From Oopsacas minuta (Eukaryota; Animalia; Porifera), in the NCBI GenBank assembly GCA_024704765.1, contig JAKMXF010000306.1, forward strand, positions 124,001 to 188,000: a stretch of 64,000 bases of DNA, given 5' to 3'. Under the pieces are notes generated by a model, which ran no database searches, was not told the DNA's origin, and saw nothing but the letters and a program-made list of their open reading frames with translations. Of the stretch, positions 50,902-63,628 are shown piece after piece. Numbering within the stretch: position 1 is the stretch's first letter; every line of letters begins with the position of its first letter. A program made the position numbers and the translations under genes.

Positions 50902-53502
50902 CACTACGTAACAAATTTTTATGAAATCTTTGTTTGGCTTGATATTTTGATTGTTTATGGATAATTTTGAGGCGCTGATTCCGAAAATGCAATTAGTTTT
51001 TTTCTATCATTGATCGTTAACTTTCAGGAACCCTATTTATATGAGCAGGTTACACGCTTAGCCAACCAAGCAAAAACGTACGTCACAATCAAAATCTTTT
51101 GTGCTATAACAATAAAGATAACAAACATTTTGCACTCCCTTCACTGTCTCTTGTCTTTTTAAGCTCTGGGAGACACTCAAAGTGTCTGCAAATGCACAGC
51201 TTAAACAGCATCAGAATTCCACGCTGGGGTAGGATTGCAAAACTTAGAAATTTTGTTCTTGTGTATAGTTTATTTGCTATCCAGTGCCTTCACTTGGAAA
51301 GTATTTACTTATATTAAGACTATAAGCTACCAGCAGCTAGTATAAGCATAAGTAGAACTGCCTTTAGCAGAGAAGGCAGAAACAACTTGCTGGTTGTTCT
51401 TACGTTGAGTTAGTGTTTTCAAAATTAGAAATTGCAATGGCTAGTAGACAATGCAAAAATTCACCTGACTCATTTTGCTATGTTTGTGGATATTATGTTG
51501 GTGACAAATATGTTTCGAATAAAATATCAAAAGAAGCCAAGTATTAGGAAGCATACAGACTGTATTTTGCGATGTCCATTGGGGACCAGGCAAAGGTCTG
51601 GGCCCCACATGTAATTTGTGGCAGCTGTCGATCTAATCTTGAAGGTTGATTGAGGGGTTCCGCTAGAGTATGCCATTTCCTATTCCAAGAGTTTGGAGAG
51701 AGCCACAAAACCATCATGATGATTGTTACTTTTGTATGATAAATATTGCTTAGTACCGCAATGTTAAGGGAAGAAGAGCACTGACTTAGCCAAGTATACC
51801 TTCATCCATTGCACCTGTTCCTCACAGTGAAACTTTACCAGTTCCAAAACCACCAGCAAATGTAAGTGGTTTTATGTTTTATAATATTAGGCTAAGCTAA
51901 CACATATGCTGTAAGGGTGACCCACAATCTGCATCTTATGTTCTATTCTTGTCATTTGATTTGGAGTTTAATACTGAATGTGAAGACTCGATATAAAGTG
52001 AAACTTCGGACGCTGAGGAGGAGTATCTCCAATCAACAAGTGCAGATCGTCATTATCCTTCTAAGAGAGAATTAGGTGACTTAATACAAGATCTGCAACC
52101 AACAAAATCTGCAGCTGAGCTATTGACGTCAAGTTTTTAGCGAGTGGAATTTGCTGCGTGATGATTGCGAAATAACTGCTTAGGGAGGAGGCACTTGGAC
52201 TACTCTGTTTACTTTGATGTAATACAGGATCTGTGCTATTGCAAATATGTGAATAGTTTGTTGGTTGCTGTTGGAATTGAACATGACCCTTCTCAGTGGC
52301 GACTTTTTATTGACAGTTACACTAAAAGTCTTAAAGGAGATTTACTTCATAATGGAAACAAATATCCGTTAATTCCACTTGCTTATTCAATACAAATAAA
52401 AGAAGACTATGAAAATGTCAAGCAACTACTGCTTAAAATAAACTATGCTGAATTTAACTGGCAGCTCTGTGGTGATTTTAAGATGTTGGGGTTTTTGTTG
52501 GGACTGCAGGGTGGTTACACCAAATACTCATGTTTTCTTTGTTTGTGGAACTGCAGAGCTGATGGAGAGCACTACAAGAAGATTCAATGGCCGCCAAGAA
52601 AAGAATTAATGCCAGGAAAGTACAATGTCATCAAAGAGCCACTTGTAAGCCAAGAAAAAGTTTTACTACCACCTCTTCATATAAAACTAGGTTTAGTGAA
52701 GCAATTTGTTAAAGCATTGGATTTTGAACGAGAAGCTTTTCAAGAAATCCGTGCAATGTTTTCAAAATTACCAGAGCTAAACTAAAAGGAGGAATATTTG
52801 TCAGTCCCCAAATAACCACCATGTTAAAGTCAAGAGCCCTGGAGGATAAAATTACCGAAACAGAAAGAAAAGCATAGCAAGCATTTCGAGATGCAGTTAA
52901 TGGCTTTTTAGGAAATAACAAAGAGCCTAATTATGAAGAGATAGTGAATACTCTGATCTACCAAAAGATGGGATGTCGCATGCCGTTGGAACTTCATTTT
53001 CTATGCTCTCATCTTTACTTATTTCAAGAAAATTTGGAGGATTTCAGTGAGGAACATGGTGAGAGATTTCACCAGGATATTCAGCTAATGGAAAGACGGT
53101 ATCAAGGCCGCTGGGACAGTACAATGATGGGCGATTACATGTGGTTTTTGATAAGGGAGGACATTTCTGGTCACAAAAGAAAAGCTCGTTCAACAGTTCT
53201 TTTTTGAAGTATTTTACTCTCTAACATGAGTGCGTTTTGTTTTCTTTAAGACTTGTAATCAACAATGTACTGTTTGGTAGTGATTTTCATGTTCAAATAA
53301 ACTTATCAACACATCACTACGTGTTTAAATCCATTACAAGAGCTGTAGGTAAATTTACATATAATGAACAACACAACTTGTTCGGAAAAAGTAAAAGTGT
53401 AAATACGTCAAAAAGCATTGATGATATGGAAAAACTAACACGATTTTTGAATTCAGTGACCCAAATAACATAAGGGGACATCAAAAATTGTGTTACGTAG
53501 TG
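50902..53502 (+). mobile_element. Chapaev3-type element, degenerate, 2601 bp
   Basis: Ends CACTACGTAACA / TGTTACGTAGTG; flanks TAA / GAA; WRLFIDS, GGYTKYSCFLCLW, LLPPLHIKLGLVKQFVKAL, EEHGERFHQDI, MMGDYMW. Confidence 0.85.
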
Positions 53503-54565
53503 GAATGGAGGGAATCCACTAACGGAATTATATTGGAAGGGAAGAATTAGTGTATTCATCTCATGAGAATGATGGTGGCTTAGTAGAGAGAATACATTGT
53601 AATTCCCGTGGGTTATCCAAATTCTGAACTGCCCATTCCCACAACAACGTTGGGAATTGCGTATTAGGATATTTTCAACGTTTAATGTCGCTCATATAAT
53701 GATATACAAATGGCTACCACTATCATTCCATATGTGTCGGAACTGAATCCGCTAGGGTGACCACTGTCGCTCCACTTTGTTACAGAGACAATGTTAACAC
53801 AATGGAGATATAACGGCTGAGCTGTTACAATTTCAATTACCATAATGACAAAGGCTGCACAACTTTTTGGTGAGCTTCCCACAATACTGCAGGGCAATCG
53901 TAGAAGTACCGGGGTTATATAATTATAAGTATATACGTGAAACGATATTTTATTTAATTCGAAATCAATGAGCATATGATGGAAGGGCTAAGTATAATGT
54001 AACTTTCCTGACTTTATGACTGCAAAATGATTTATAAACGTGACATATATGTAGCAGGGGGTAGAGACCTCAGAGTGTATATAGTTGTATAGTATTTGTC
54101 TCCTATTTGTAATTGCTCCAAAATTGCACATTCATCAAGTAACTTTGCTTGTCCTTGACATCAAGCACAAGAAATATTTCACTTAATAGCAAGTTCGGGT
54201 ATTAGCAAATAAATTCTTGCAAAATACGACTTGTGTGCATTAGGATAATTATGGGTTACATAATGTGAAGGACAAGCAGATGTGATAAAACAAAAATGAA
54301 ACCTAAAATGGCAAAATCAAATAAATCATCAGGACTAATGTAGAATGTCCCTGAAGAGGAATTTTCCAATGGCCATATAAGGACACCAACCAATAATCAA
54401 ACAATTTTAGGACTACTTATTCCATATTGAATAGACACAAATATGCACCTTCAGTTACTATATATAGAGGCCAGCTGGTAGACATGTCTACAATATTCTT
54501 TGTAAACAATATCCCCCGTTTAAATTTACATTTAAACATTATTTAATAAATATATCTATAAACAG

Positions 54566-57273
54566 ATGGCTACTCAACGCAATCGGCCAACATACTCGGG
54601 AGAACTTCTAGGAGATGAAGGAGCCATCAATACTAACGACCTTTCTCTACAGTTGACCGAAATACAGGCTTGCCATCATTCCTATGATGAAAATTTAGCT
54701 ATGCCTAGCGATGATGATGATGATGAATTGTATGGCTTTCTTTAAACTCATCTCATTTCTCCAACTAGACTCTATCCTACCAACTTCACGCATCCCCTAT
54801 ATTCCTCTTGCTAACCCAACTTCTTAACTAACATTCTCATTATCACAACTCTATATTAAATCCACCACTTCATCACAGTATTCTGACACGAATATTGAAA
54901 CAGAGAATTATACGGATCTCAATCAGTCAGAATACCATTGTCAACAGAACAAACTTCCGACACACGTACACCTATCAGGGGAAAGTGTTCATCCAGCCTA
55001 GCGGAATGAACATATTCCATTTCCCCTACATCAAACTGCAATCATAGCATAATCGATTTGAAGAGTTATTCACGATGGCGCACTTCATAAACAATGAGCA
55101 AATGAACCCATCCTTAAACACTTCAGAAGGCTTTGGAGAGAAACTTGGTACACTTCTTCTCATAGTCAAAAATATTGTCAAATCAGTTTCAACCAGCTAG
55201 ATCACTCTACATTGACGAGATCATTGTCAAATTCTATGGCATATGTGTACTGCAGCAGTATATCAAACTGAAGCGAACAAAATATGGTGTCAAAATCTGA
55301 TCCATCTGTTGTGCAAGTTACGATTACAGTCTACCCCATACCTACAGGGTGTAACAAAGTGTTGTCCCCTTCGATTGCCAGAAGCATCTCTGAGAAATAA
55401 CTACACAATGTCAACTTTCATTTGTTTATATAATCACCTCCCATTTCCAAAACAACTTTAACTCTGTTTGGCATGCTGGCTACTAAATTTTCCAAAATAT
55501 CGGGAGTAATGTCTTGCCATGCTAATTTCACGGTTTCAATTAACTGATTTCGATTTGTCATCTGACTCTTCTCATTAACTCTCTCTTTCAATATAGCCCA
55601 AAGGTTTTCAATTGGGTTCAGGTCCGGTGAATTCCCTGGCCAGTCACCTTTCTCCCAAAACCCGTTTAGACTATCTCGGCATCACTTCTGAGTTATTTTG
55701 GCAGGGTGGACAGGAGCACCATCTTGCATAAAGTTGAAATCGGACATGTTTCCAAACATTGGCCGCTCTGAAATAAGTCCCATATTTTCTGTACGGTTGA
55801 TGGCATCTCTACAAGTCTTGGTTAATATTTCATCCCTGTAATATGGCGAGTTTAAAGTCTGTCCTTGTGGAATTATATGGAGCTCAGATAATGCTTGATG
55901 CGACATAAGTCCCCAGACATGAATTTTTTGAGGAAATTTCACCGACCAAATGCGAGGAACATCTTTAGTTATTTTAGCCCGAACACGATCATTATGCCGT
56001 TTGGGTGTTGCATACAGTTCAAAGGGAGACTCATCAGACCAAAGAACTTTTTTCCAATCTTCCACGCCCCAATTTTGATGTTTCTTGGCAAAATTCAGTC
56101 TGTCCTGGATGTTTTTTGCCGATAAACGGGGGGTCTTTTGCCTCATGAACGCTGATGCACCAATTGAATTGGTCAAATAGCGATAAACTGTCATGTGAGA
56201 GACAGGGTCGTTACTTGAATTCAATCTCTTTGCGATCTTGCGAGTTTGATTGCCTTCTTTTAGTCAAAGTTTTGGAGATAATGATTTCATTGACCCGATT
56301 CAAAATTGGCGGTCTGCCAGAACGGGTCTTGGTTTCCAGGGTCATTCCTTTTTTATACGCACTCCACCACCTCCTGACAGATCTCACTGAAACGTCTAGT
56401 TCGAGAGCTGCGTTTTGCTGTGAAAGACAACTCCTTAACATACCTACTGCTTGAGAACGAACCTCTAACCCGTGGTCGCGGACATCCATTCCGAACAGAG
56501 AAAATGATTTTACGAAATCCAAGTAAAAAGAAAGAGATAATAAATAATATTAATCAAACTGCGATAGAAATAGTCAAAACCTATTATGGTAATAGCTAGA
56601 AAGAGTAAGTCAGATGCAATAGTCAAGGTTCAGTTTTATATACTCAATCAATGACAAAAAGAAAGGGGACAAGACTTTTGTTACACCCTGTACACTTAAG
56701 ATCCACTGTAGATTCTGTTAGTGGACGTGATGTGGTCTTACAGCTAGCCAACCAATACTTTGATGAAGGCTATAAAATTTATTGTGATAGATTCTTCTCC
56801 TATCTTGACCTGGCGGCCTACCTAAGATCACGAGGAACTGGAAAAGTTGTAACTTCATCTATCAAAAGACTGACATCTGATCTAGAATATCTAGTCACAA
56901 ATATGCATCTTCTCAATTGGCATCTGAATGGTTCATTTTCCAGGTTAGAATGTAGCACAAGCCTGCGAGCCGTCTGTCTCCTCGTATGGAATGACAAGAA
57001 GTATAGAACGGAGGATAAGAAAGTAGTATTCATTGCGAACTGTATCCTAGCAATTCCAACCTCACATGATAAACCATTTCATCACAAGAATATTCGTGAC
57101 CTCGAATTACAATACAAAAGAAAGCCTATGCCAATTCCACCCATACTGAAGGCTTATAATTATCACATGGTAGGCGTAGATAAGCATGACCGCATGATAA
57201 GACACCTCGCTATTCAGCTCACGTCTAAGGCAACTTTCCCTCAAGAAAATACAAAATATCTGCCTTCGATCTA
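54566..57273 (+). pseudogene. piggyBac-type transposase remnant split by a Tc1-like insertion
   Basis: IDEIIVKFYG, KYGVKI, VVLQLANQYFDEGYKIYCDRFFS, YNYHMVGVDKHD are piggyBac DDD-core motifs; no TTAA termini identified. Confidence 0.75.
55345..56690 (-). mobile_element. Tc1-like DD37E (TRT-type) element, 1346 bp
   Basis: TA TSDs; TIR CAGGGTGTAACAAA.GT.TTGTCCCCT; WSDESPF, IHVWG, QDGAPVH...WPGNSPDLNPIENLW (37 residues D-E, reading through one TGA). Confidence 0.9.
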
Positions 57274-58219
57274 GTCCTTCAATTACAACAGTCCACAGAT
57301 GCTATTATTCAGTTTCAGGTGCAACCAATTGTCAAAATTACTGATCTCAAGCCAAATTTCCAAAGTGATATTGCCTCATTTGTAAAATAGCAGTCACACA
57401 GCTTGATTAGCCTGTCAACAGCCTTACTGTAATGATTTTGGAAGAGAACATCTGAGGTAACTCTGATATAGAATGCTAAAAATGAAACTATCCATCTGAG
57501 TGATGTAGAGATTCGACCAATTCTACCCCCTTAAGTAGTAACCAGTCAACCAGACAATCTATCTGGACATATAACATCAACTCGATGCGTTTGATCTCAT
57601 AGAGGAAGTAATAGAAACAATTCAACTGGACGAGTTGCGGTGATTTGATGAAACTCCAGACCTGTAATGGTGCGTACTCTGAGGCTGAATGTTTAGTTAT
57701 ATTTGATAACAAGGAGACATTTACTTGTATAAACGCACTACAATGTCTACAGTTTATACCTCCTAGTTCCTTCTAAAATGGATTCCTGTTAATGTTTTCG
57801 AGTCTGATCATTCTGTATTTTGTGACTTTTATTTGTGAGTTTATCTATCCTTCTATTTCTCAAAAGCAACTCTACTACGTGATCTACTTATGTGATAATT
57901 GTTATGACACCTTCAAACTATATCCATTATCCACTGTTATATGCAATACATTCCACATGTATTTACTTGTTGCAAATAGTTTCTTGAATTTAGTGAACAA
58001 ATTATCTAAAATTGCAACATAACTGACACACTAGAAGTTTGCCAGTGTACACATTATCTCTCAAATGTCAAATAAATAAATCGAGGTTTTTATGCTTGTC
58101 TTCATTAGTATGAGTGTAACAAACAATCATAATAGCACCCACTTTACTGACTACACATTCGCATTTCAATACAACAGACATTAGGTATGTACAAATACAA
58201 TGCTACTTATGTGAAGGTA

Positions 58220-58560
58220 TGTTATCTCTAAACAGATCTATGTTTACCAGGTGTACTCTAATTATTCTAACTTCCTCACTTGGAAGTATATTGTAGACCA
58301 GCAGCCAAAAATAATACGCACTGTTCCAGTATAGCCAGGGTAGCAGCATGGGGACTTTACAATCTAAAGAACACATTAATAGCACTAGCCAAAGCCAGAA
58401 AGCCTATGCAACTATTCGATGTAGCGGTGGTCAATACCCACTTAGAGAAGAGATTTCTCAAAATCATCACCTCGACTCGATCTTCGAACAATTATTGGGC
58501 TTTCTCCTGCCTGACCAACTATCCCTGATATTATTTACGCATACTGTCCAGCAGTACCGA
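58220..58560 (+). pseudogene. Possible non-LTR retrotransposon RT C-terminal remnant
   Basis: Weak frameshifted resemblance to KYLGVxLDxxLTWKxHI and YGxxAWG motifs (GVL..SNFLTWKY; ARVAAWG). Confidence 0.33.
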
Positions 58561-59452
58561 AGAGACCACCAACATTTGCAGCCCTATGCAAAATCACTTT
58601 CTTAAATACAATGAAGCAAAGATCGAAATGCACGTTGAAGGCTTGCCATCCTAATACCTAAGTCACCCTATTCTTCAGATGATGTCACCAACCCTACCTT
58701 GACCCCGTCAATTGTATTTCATACAAGATATTTGTGGAATGCTAATGAAGGAACTCTGCACCAACACAGATACTTCTGTTCACTCGCATACATCTATACT
58801 TGTGATAACAAGGTTATCTTTAGAAATGGTTCTCCTTGGTCCACTCAGCATGAACTCTTGCTACTTCGGGTTACTCCCACTTGTCTAGGTAGATACAGGA
58901 AAGATACGACTGGCTATATCTCACTTATTATCTTATTGCCTGTATTAGCGTCTGTTTCTATCCTTGTCCTTATGTATGTAGTCAAGTTTTATATAGAAAT
59001 TCATATGCCTTGTCACTATGTAATTATTCATGGAATATTAACCTATTTATCACATTCTAACCTCCGTTGGTTTTGGTTATCTAATTATACAATTTTGGAC
59101 TGTCCTCATAGTACCAATAATAGTAGTGGTTGGGCAACAAAGGATTGAACAAAGTTTTCGGTTATCAGTTACTAATGTGTTTTGCGGATGTTTACATATA
59201 TCAAGCGGTGGTTATATACATTTACCAGCCTGTTGCCAGAGATATTTCCTTTGTTTATTGATCAATTTGACCAAACTTGGCCAACCAATTATCCTTAGCA
59301 AACTTGAACAATTTATTTGATTTAATATGGAGAAAATATGTTCAATTACCATTGTACGTATTTTCTCATTTGTAACTATAGCCCATCAGTGTTTGAAAAC
59401 TCTGATTGCCAATAATTTTGGTTTAATTTTGACTAGATTCGCAATAAATATA

Positions 59453-60364
59453 CAGTCAAGGGACAAAAGTATTCTACCACACAAATATATTGTCATACAT
59501 TGTATACTCTTTCTCGCTCCTATATATTGTGTAGTCTATATTCGTAGCTGCAATCCAGTAATTTACATATAATAACATATCTTTTTCAGGAATTAAAAAA
59601 AAATTTCGATTTACACTTTTTGAAGGTGTTAATTATAATAATTATTAGATAATTATTGATAATCAAATTATGTGGTAATTCAAAACCTATTAGGAATCTA
59701 TGATTTCTGACTCGATATTTGAAATCTACGTATGCGAGTTACCCCAGATTAAAATTTCCTAAGGGATTAAACAATTTTTACCAAAGTTATAGAAGAATTT
59801 AAATTTGTGCCACTTATCCCACTTTATGTAAAAAGTGGTACAGGTGGCAGGAAAAGCGCCACTACAAAGAAGTCAACTAGGATTAGGAGGAATAAGTCAA
59901 AGTTATATTTTCGAATGATATGACTATGTTAACCCTTGAATTACAAAATAACCTCTTGGACAGCGGCCACTTTTGTCATCTTGTGCAAAAGATGGTAGAA
60001 ATGGTACAAATTGAAATTCTTCTATAATTTTGGCAAAAATTGTTCAATCCCATTGAAAATTTTAATCTGGGGTGACTTGGCTATGTAGAATTCATATATC
60101 AAGTCAGAAATTATACATTCTTGATAGGCTTTGAATTACCACATATATTGACTATCAATGATTAACTAATGATTATTAATTATTAACACCTTCAAAAAGT
60201 GTAAATCGAAAGTTTTTTTTGAAATTCTTAAAAGCATATGTTATTCTATGCAAATTACTAGATTGCAGCTACGAATATAGACTACACAACATATAGGAGC
60301 CGGAAAGAGTGTACAATTTATGACAGTATATTTATGTGGTCTAATATTTTTTGTCCCTTGACTG
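59453..60364. mobile_element. Fold-back MITE, 912 bp, with about 305-bp diverged arms
   Basis: TA-CAGTCAAGGGACAAAA...TTTTGTCCCTTGACTG-TA; arms at 59453-59757 and 60057-60364 align at roughly 80% by eye. Confidence 0.8.
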
Positions 60365-61446
60365 TATCTCTGTAAGGCCCCAAGCGTTGTTTGCCATTGT
60401 GAAATGCTGTTATCTGCAGTAATAATCCAATGGGTCGTTTAGGTTTGTCAAATTGAGACTTACAAGACTACCAAATGTATATGGATATTCGAAATACACA
60501 TCAACTTTTCAATGTATTATTATACATATTTCGTGACAAGTTTTACCATTGCACACTCAAATAAAGCTTAGAATTGCACCATTCTCCTCTCCATGTTCGT
60601 TTACAGATTCTCAAAACAACATTCTTATAGTTGAGTTTCTTGTGCAGTTTTTAACTTCCTCTTTCTTAGATTCCATGTTCCACAAATTATTCTTGGTACA
60701 ATACATCAACCTATAATAGGGTATATTTTACATACGGAATACTGATTTTGGAAATTTAAGGATGAAATTTATACAATGTATTAAATTTCAAAGGATGAAA
60801 TTTTACTAAATGTATGTTTGGTAGACACAAATTTTGCCACTTTCTGTATTAAATAGAAAATAATGGTGGTAATTTGTTGTTCTACAAATATACACTACAT
60901 TCTTTCGAGCAAAAACGCTTAAATTTTGAAATATTTAGTTACCCTTTAAATTCCATGGTCTGGTCACATATCCCTGGTCCATTTTCTAAGCCTAACCTAT
61001 TTTACGTTAGGTCACGTTATATTATATAGCACGTATCTATATATCCCGGGAAAAACTAAGCCATTCATTGGTTCATAATAATCCGAGAAAAGGCAGTTTT
61101 CATCTGAGGTAATCAACATTGAAGTTGAAATACCTATGACTTCATAAATTAAACTTGATTTTTCCAGAAAAGTGTTATTTTGTTAGAAAATATAATATTC
61201 ACGTATATACACAAAAGACATATATATAAATGTAACAAGCACCATTTCTCAAAGGTTTGATAGGACTTGCTTGTGGGGCACAGTGCCCCAAATCATAAGT
61301 TATGGGTTGAATTTTAGTTTCTAAATTTCAAAATGGCTGAATTTCAATTAATTTTTTTTTGAATTTTTACTCAAACAGGATTTTTCGACAACATTCGCTA
61401 TGAGGTTATTGTCACCTTTTTAGATTTTTGATAAATTACATTATTA

Positions 61447-61745
61447 ATTACTGCTCAGCCAAACACATGAGAAAAGCTTAGTTATATCAGATGCGATGAA
61501 AACAGCCAGGAAATCGGGTAATCCTGACTTTTTCATTACAATTATATGTAATCCGCATTGAGAGGAGTTTAAGTCTGCACTCCAATGAAATCAAAAGCTG
61601 AGTGATCGTCCTGATTTAATTGTCGAGTGTTTAATATGAAGATAAAGCTTAATTGAGAATTTGATGAGTGGTCACGTATTGGGCAATCCGAACGGTTATG
61701 TTTATACGATCCAATTCCCAACAGGTAGTCTACCTCACGCTCAGT
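61447..61745 (+). pseudogene. Helitron Rep (HUH endonuclease) fragment
   Basis: DAMKTARKSGNPDFFITIICNP, RPDLI.RVFNMK and GYVYTIQFPTGSLPHAQ match Helitron Rep consensus DAMAxxRxxGxPDxFxTFTCNP / YxIEFQKRGLPHAH. Confidence 0.75.
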
Positions 61746-62235
61746 GGTGGTCTTAGGAGAGAGGGGCATATAGGGCAAATTCCCCGGATTCCGTAACCTC
61801 TGCCCATGCCCCATGATATTATGAATAGATTTCCTTGTGGCTGGCCTCAGATTATATTACACCGGTTGATTCAGTTAATCTGAACGCAGGATTGGAATAC
61901 AATTTTTAGAACAACTAGTCAATACGAACCTAAGAAGTCACTTTCCTCTTGGCCAATGTCTCATTCTATGCATTGGTGCCTAAAATAATTAGTCTTCTTT
62001 CTCAATCATTTGTTATTCGTTATGTTTCGATTTAATTAACTTTTTAGTAGAATTTCAACATAGTTATAGTTCCCTAACATACTTCCGTTTTGAGCATCGG
62101 ACTTGAATTCTACTTCATTGTTTACATCTAAGTAGCCTGTGGGAGCTAATTTCCAAGACAATTTTGAAATAGTGCCTAAAGTTGTGGTAATATGATTAAT
62201 CTTCTGGTAAATACGTGCATTGTGTATATCTATAC

Positions 62236-63046
62236 CAGGGTATCCAACCCGCGGGCCGCATGCGGCCCGCGTATTTCTTTGGTGCGGCTTGCCAGCTAAC
62301 TTTGTCATTGTGCTGTACTTTTTTCGGGATGCTGCATCAATCCGAATTTTGAATGGTTTTAATATAGTTGGGTTTCTGGTTTATTATTATTAGTAAAGTC
62401 TAATTTCCACTACCTATATTTTATCTATTCCTGTGGCTAGTTATATTTTTTGGATTCCATACACATCAGACTACGGTTTTACTAGTTCTAGAATCTAGAA
62501 TTATATTATATTTATATATATATGCCACTTTCTTTACACAATTACTTTTCAAATTGATATAATAATATAATACACCTCTAAGATACCTTCGCTATGGAAT
62601 CCATTTCTAACAAGAAAAGAAAAGTAGAAGATGAATTTAGAGTTTTTCAAACTAGATGGACTGAAGGTTATTTCTTTATTGAACTTAAGAACACACCAAT
62701 TTGTCCCATATGTAATGAATCTATATCTGTTCTAAAGGGATGTAATGTTAAACGCCATTATGAAACTTAGCATCGAAATGAATATATCACCATATAAGGA
62801 GAATTTCGGAAAGATAATATATTACAATTGATGAAGAATCTAATCAAACAACATCTAATCTTTAAGAATTTTTAGGACCAATCTGAATCTTCTGTCAAAG
62901 CTAGCTATAAAGTTGCGGAAATAATTGCAAAGAAGTCCAAACCATTTTCAGATGGAGAGTTTATTAAAGGGTGTTTGAGGAGTGTTGCTGAAATAATATG
63001 TCCAGACAAAACAAAGCAGATTGAAAAGATATGTCTATCTAATCCA
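62236..63046 (+). mobile_element. 5' part of a hAT element (GTF2IRD2/EPM2AIP1-like transposase N-terminus)
   Basis: End CAGGGTATCCAACC plus palindrome CGCGGGCCGCATGCGGCCCGCG; from ATG 62594: KKRKVEDEFRVFQTRWTEGYFF, PICPIC, VKRHYET, ASYKVAEIIAKKSKPFSDGEFIK. Confidence 0.85.
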
Positions 63047-63364
63047 TAGACTCGTTTAAAGAAGGACTGAATACTCCCATGCTCGGGGTTTTTAACTTGA
63101 GTCTGAAGGATTAACTTGAGTCCTGGGCTAAAATGCTTCTAGAAGGGCTAGAGACACGATCTCGGGTCCACATAGGAGATTTTGAGGACGGCGGGTTCAA
63201 TGGCGCCATTTTCAACACCACCTGCGGTCATATTAAAGGTCAAATGGGTGAATTTTGGTAATTTTTGCCCTTGTTTTTGTCTAACAAATAAAGGTGAGAG
63301 ATGGCTGATTGTAATGAGACGCAGTAGTGTATAGCAGCACAAATTTGATATTTATTGTCATATA

Positions 63365-63534
63365 CAGTAGAACTCGGTTAGCATGTACCCTGGATAAGAC
63401 GTGTTTCGGCTTAGTACGTACTAAATTTTATGAACCAAAATTCATTATTACATAGGATTCTATGTAAATACAACTCGGATAGTACGTACTTTTTTAGACT
63501 TCCCGAGGGGGGACTTCTTATCCGAGTTCTACTG
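63365..63534. mobile_element. 170-bp MITE related to the Tigger at 29010-31457
   Basis: TA TSDs; ends CAGTAGAACTCGG / CCGAGTTCTACTG identical to the Tigger ends; contains GTACGTAC / GATAAGACGT motifs. Confidence 0.85.
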
Positions 63535-63628
63535 TATGTAATTACATTATATGCATATCACAACACTATGTCTATTACAACATTGTCTATGCCCATCGTT
63601 AGTTAGAGAGCTTGTCTTGCCTTCTGAG

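Noticed and set aside
53682-53975. 97-aa ORF with a largely open opposite frame
   Set aside because: No recognisable domain on either strand; insufficient evidence to call.
58699-59148. 149-aa ORF with a hydrophobic stretch as a novel membrane protein
   Set aside because: TTG start, no recognisable motif, and it lies among decayed repeats. It would need transcript or homology support.
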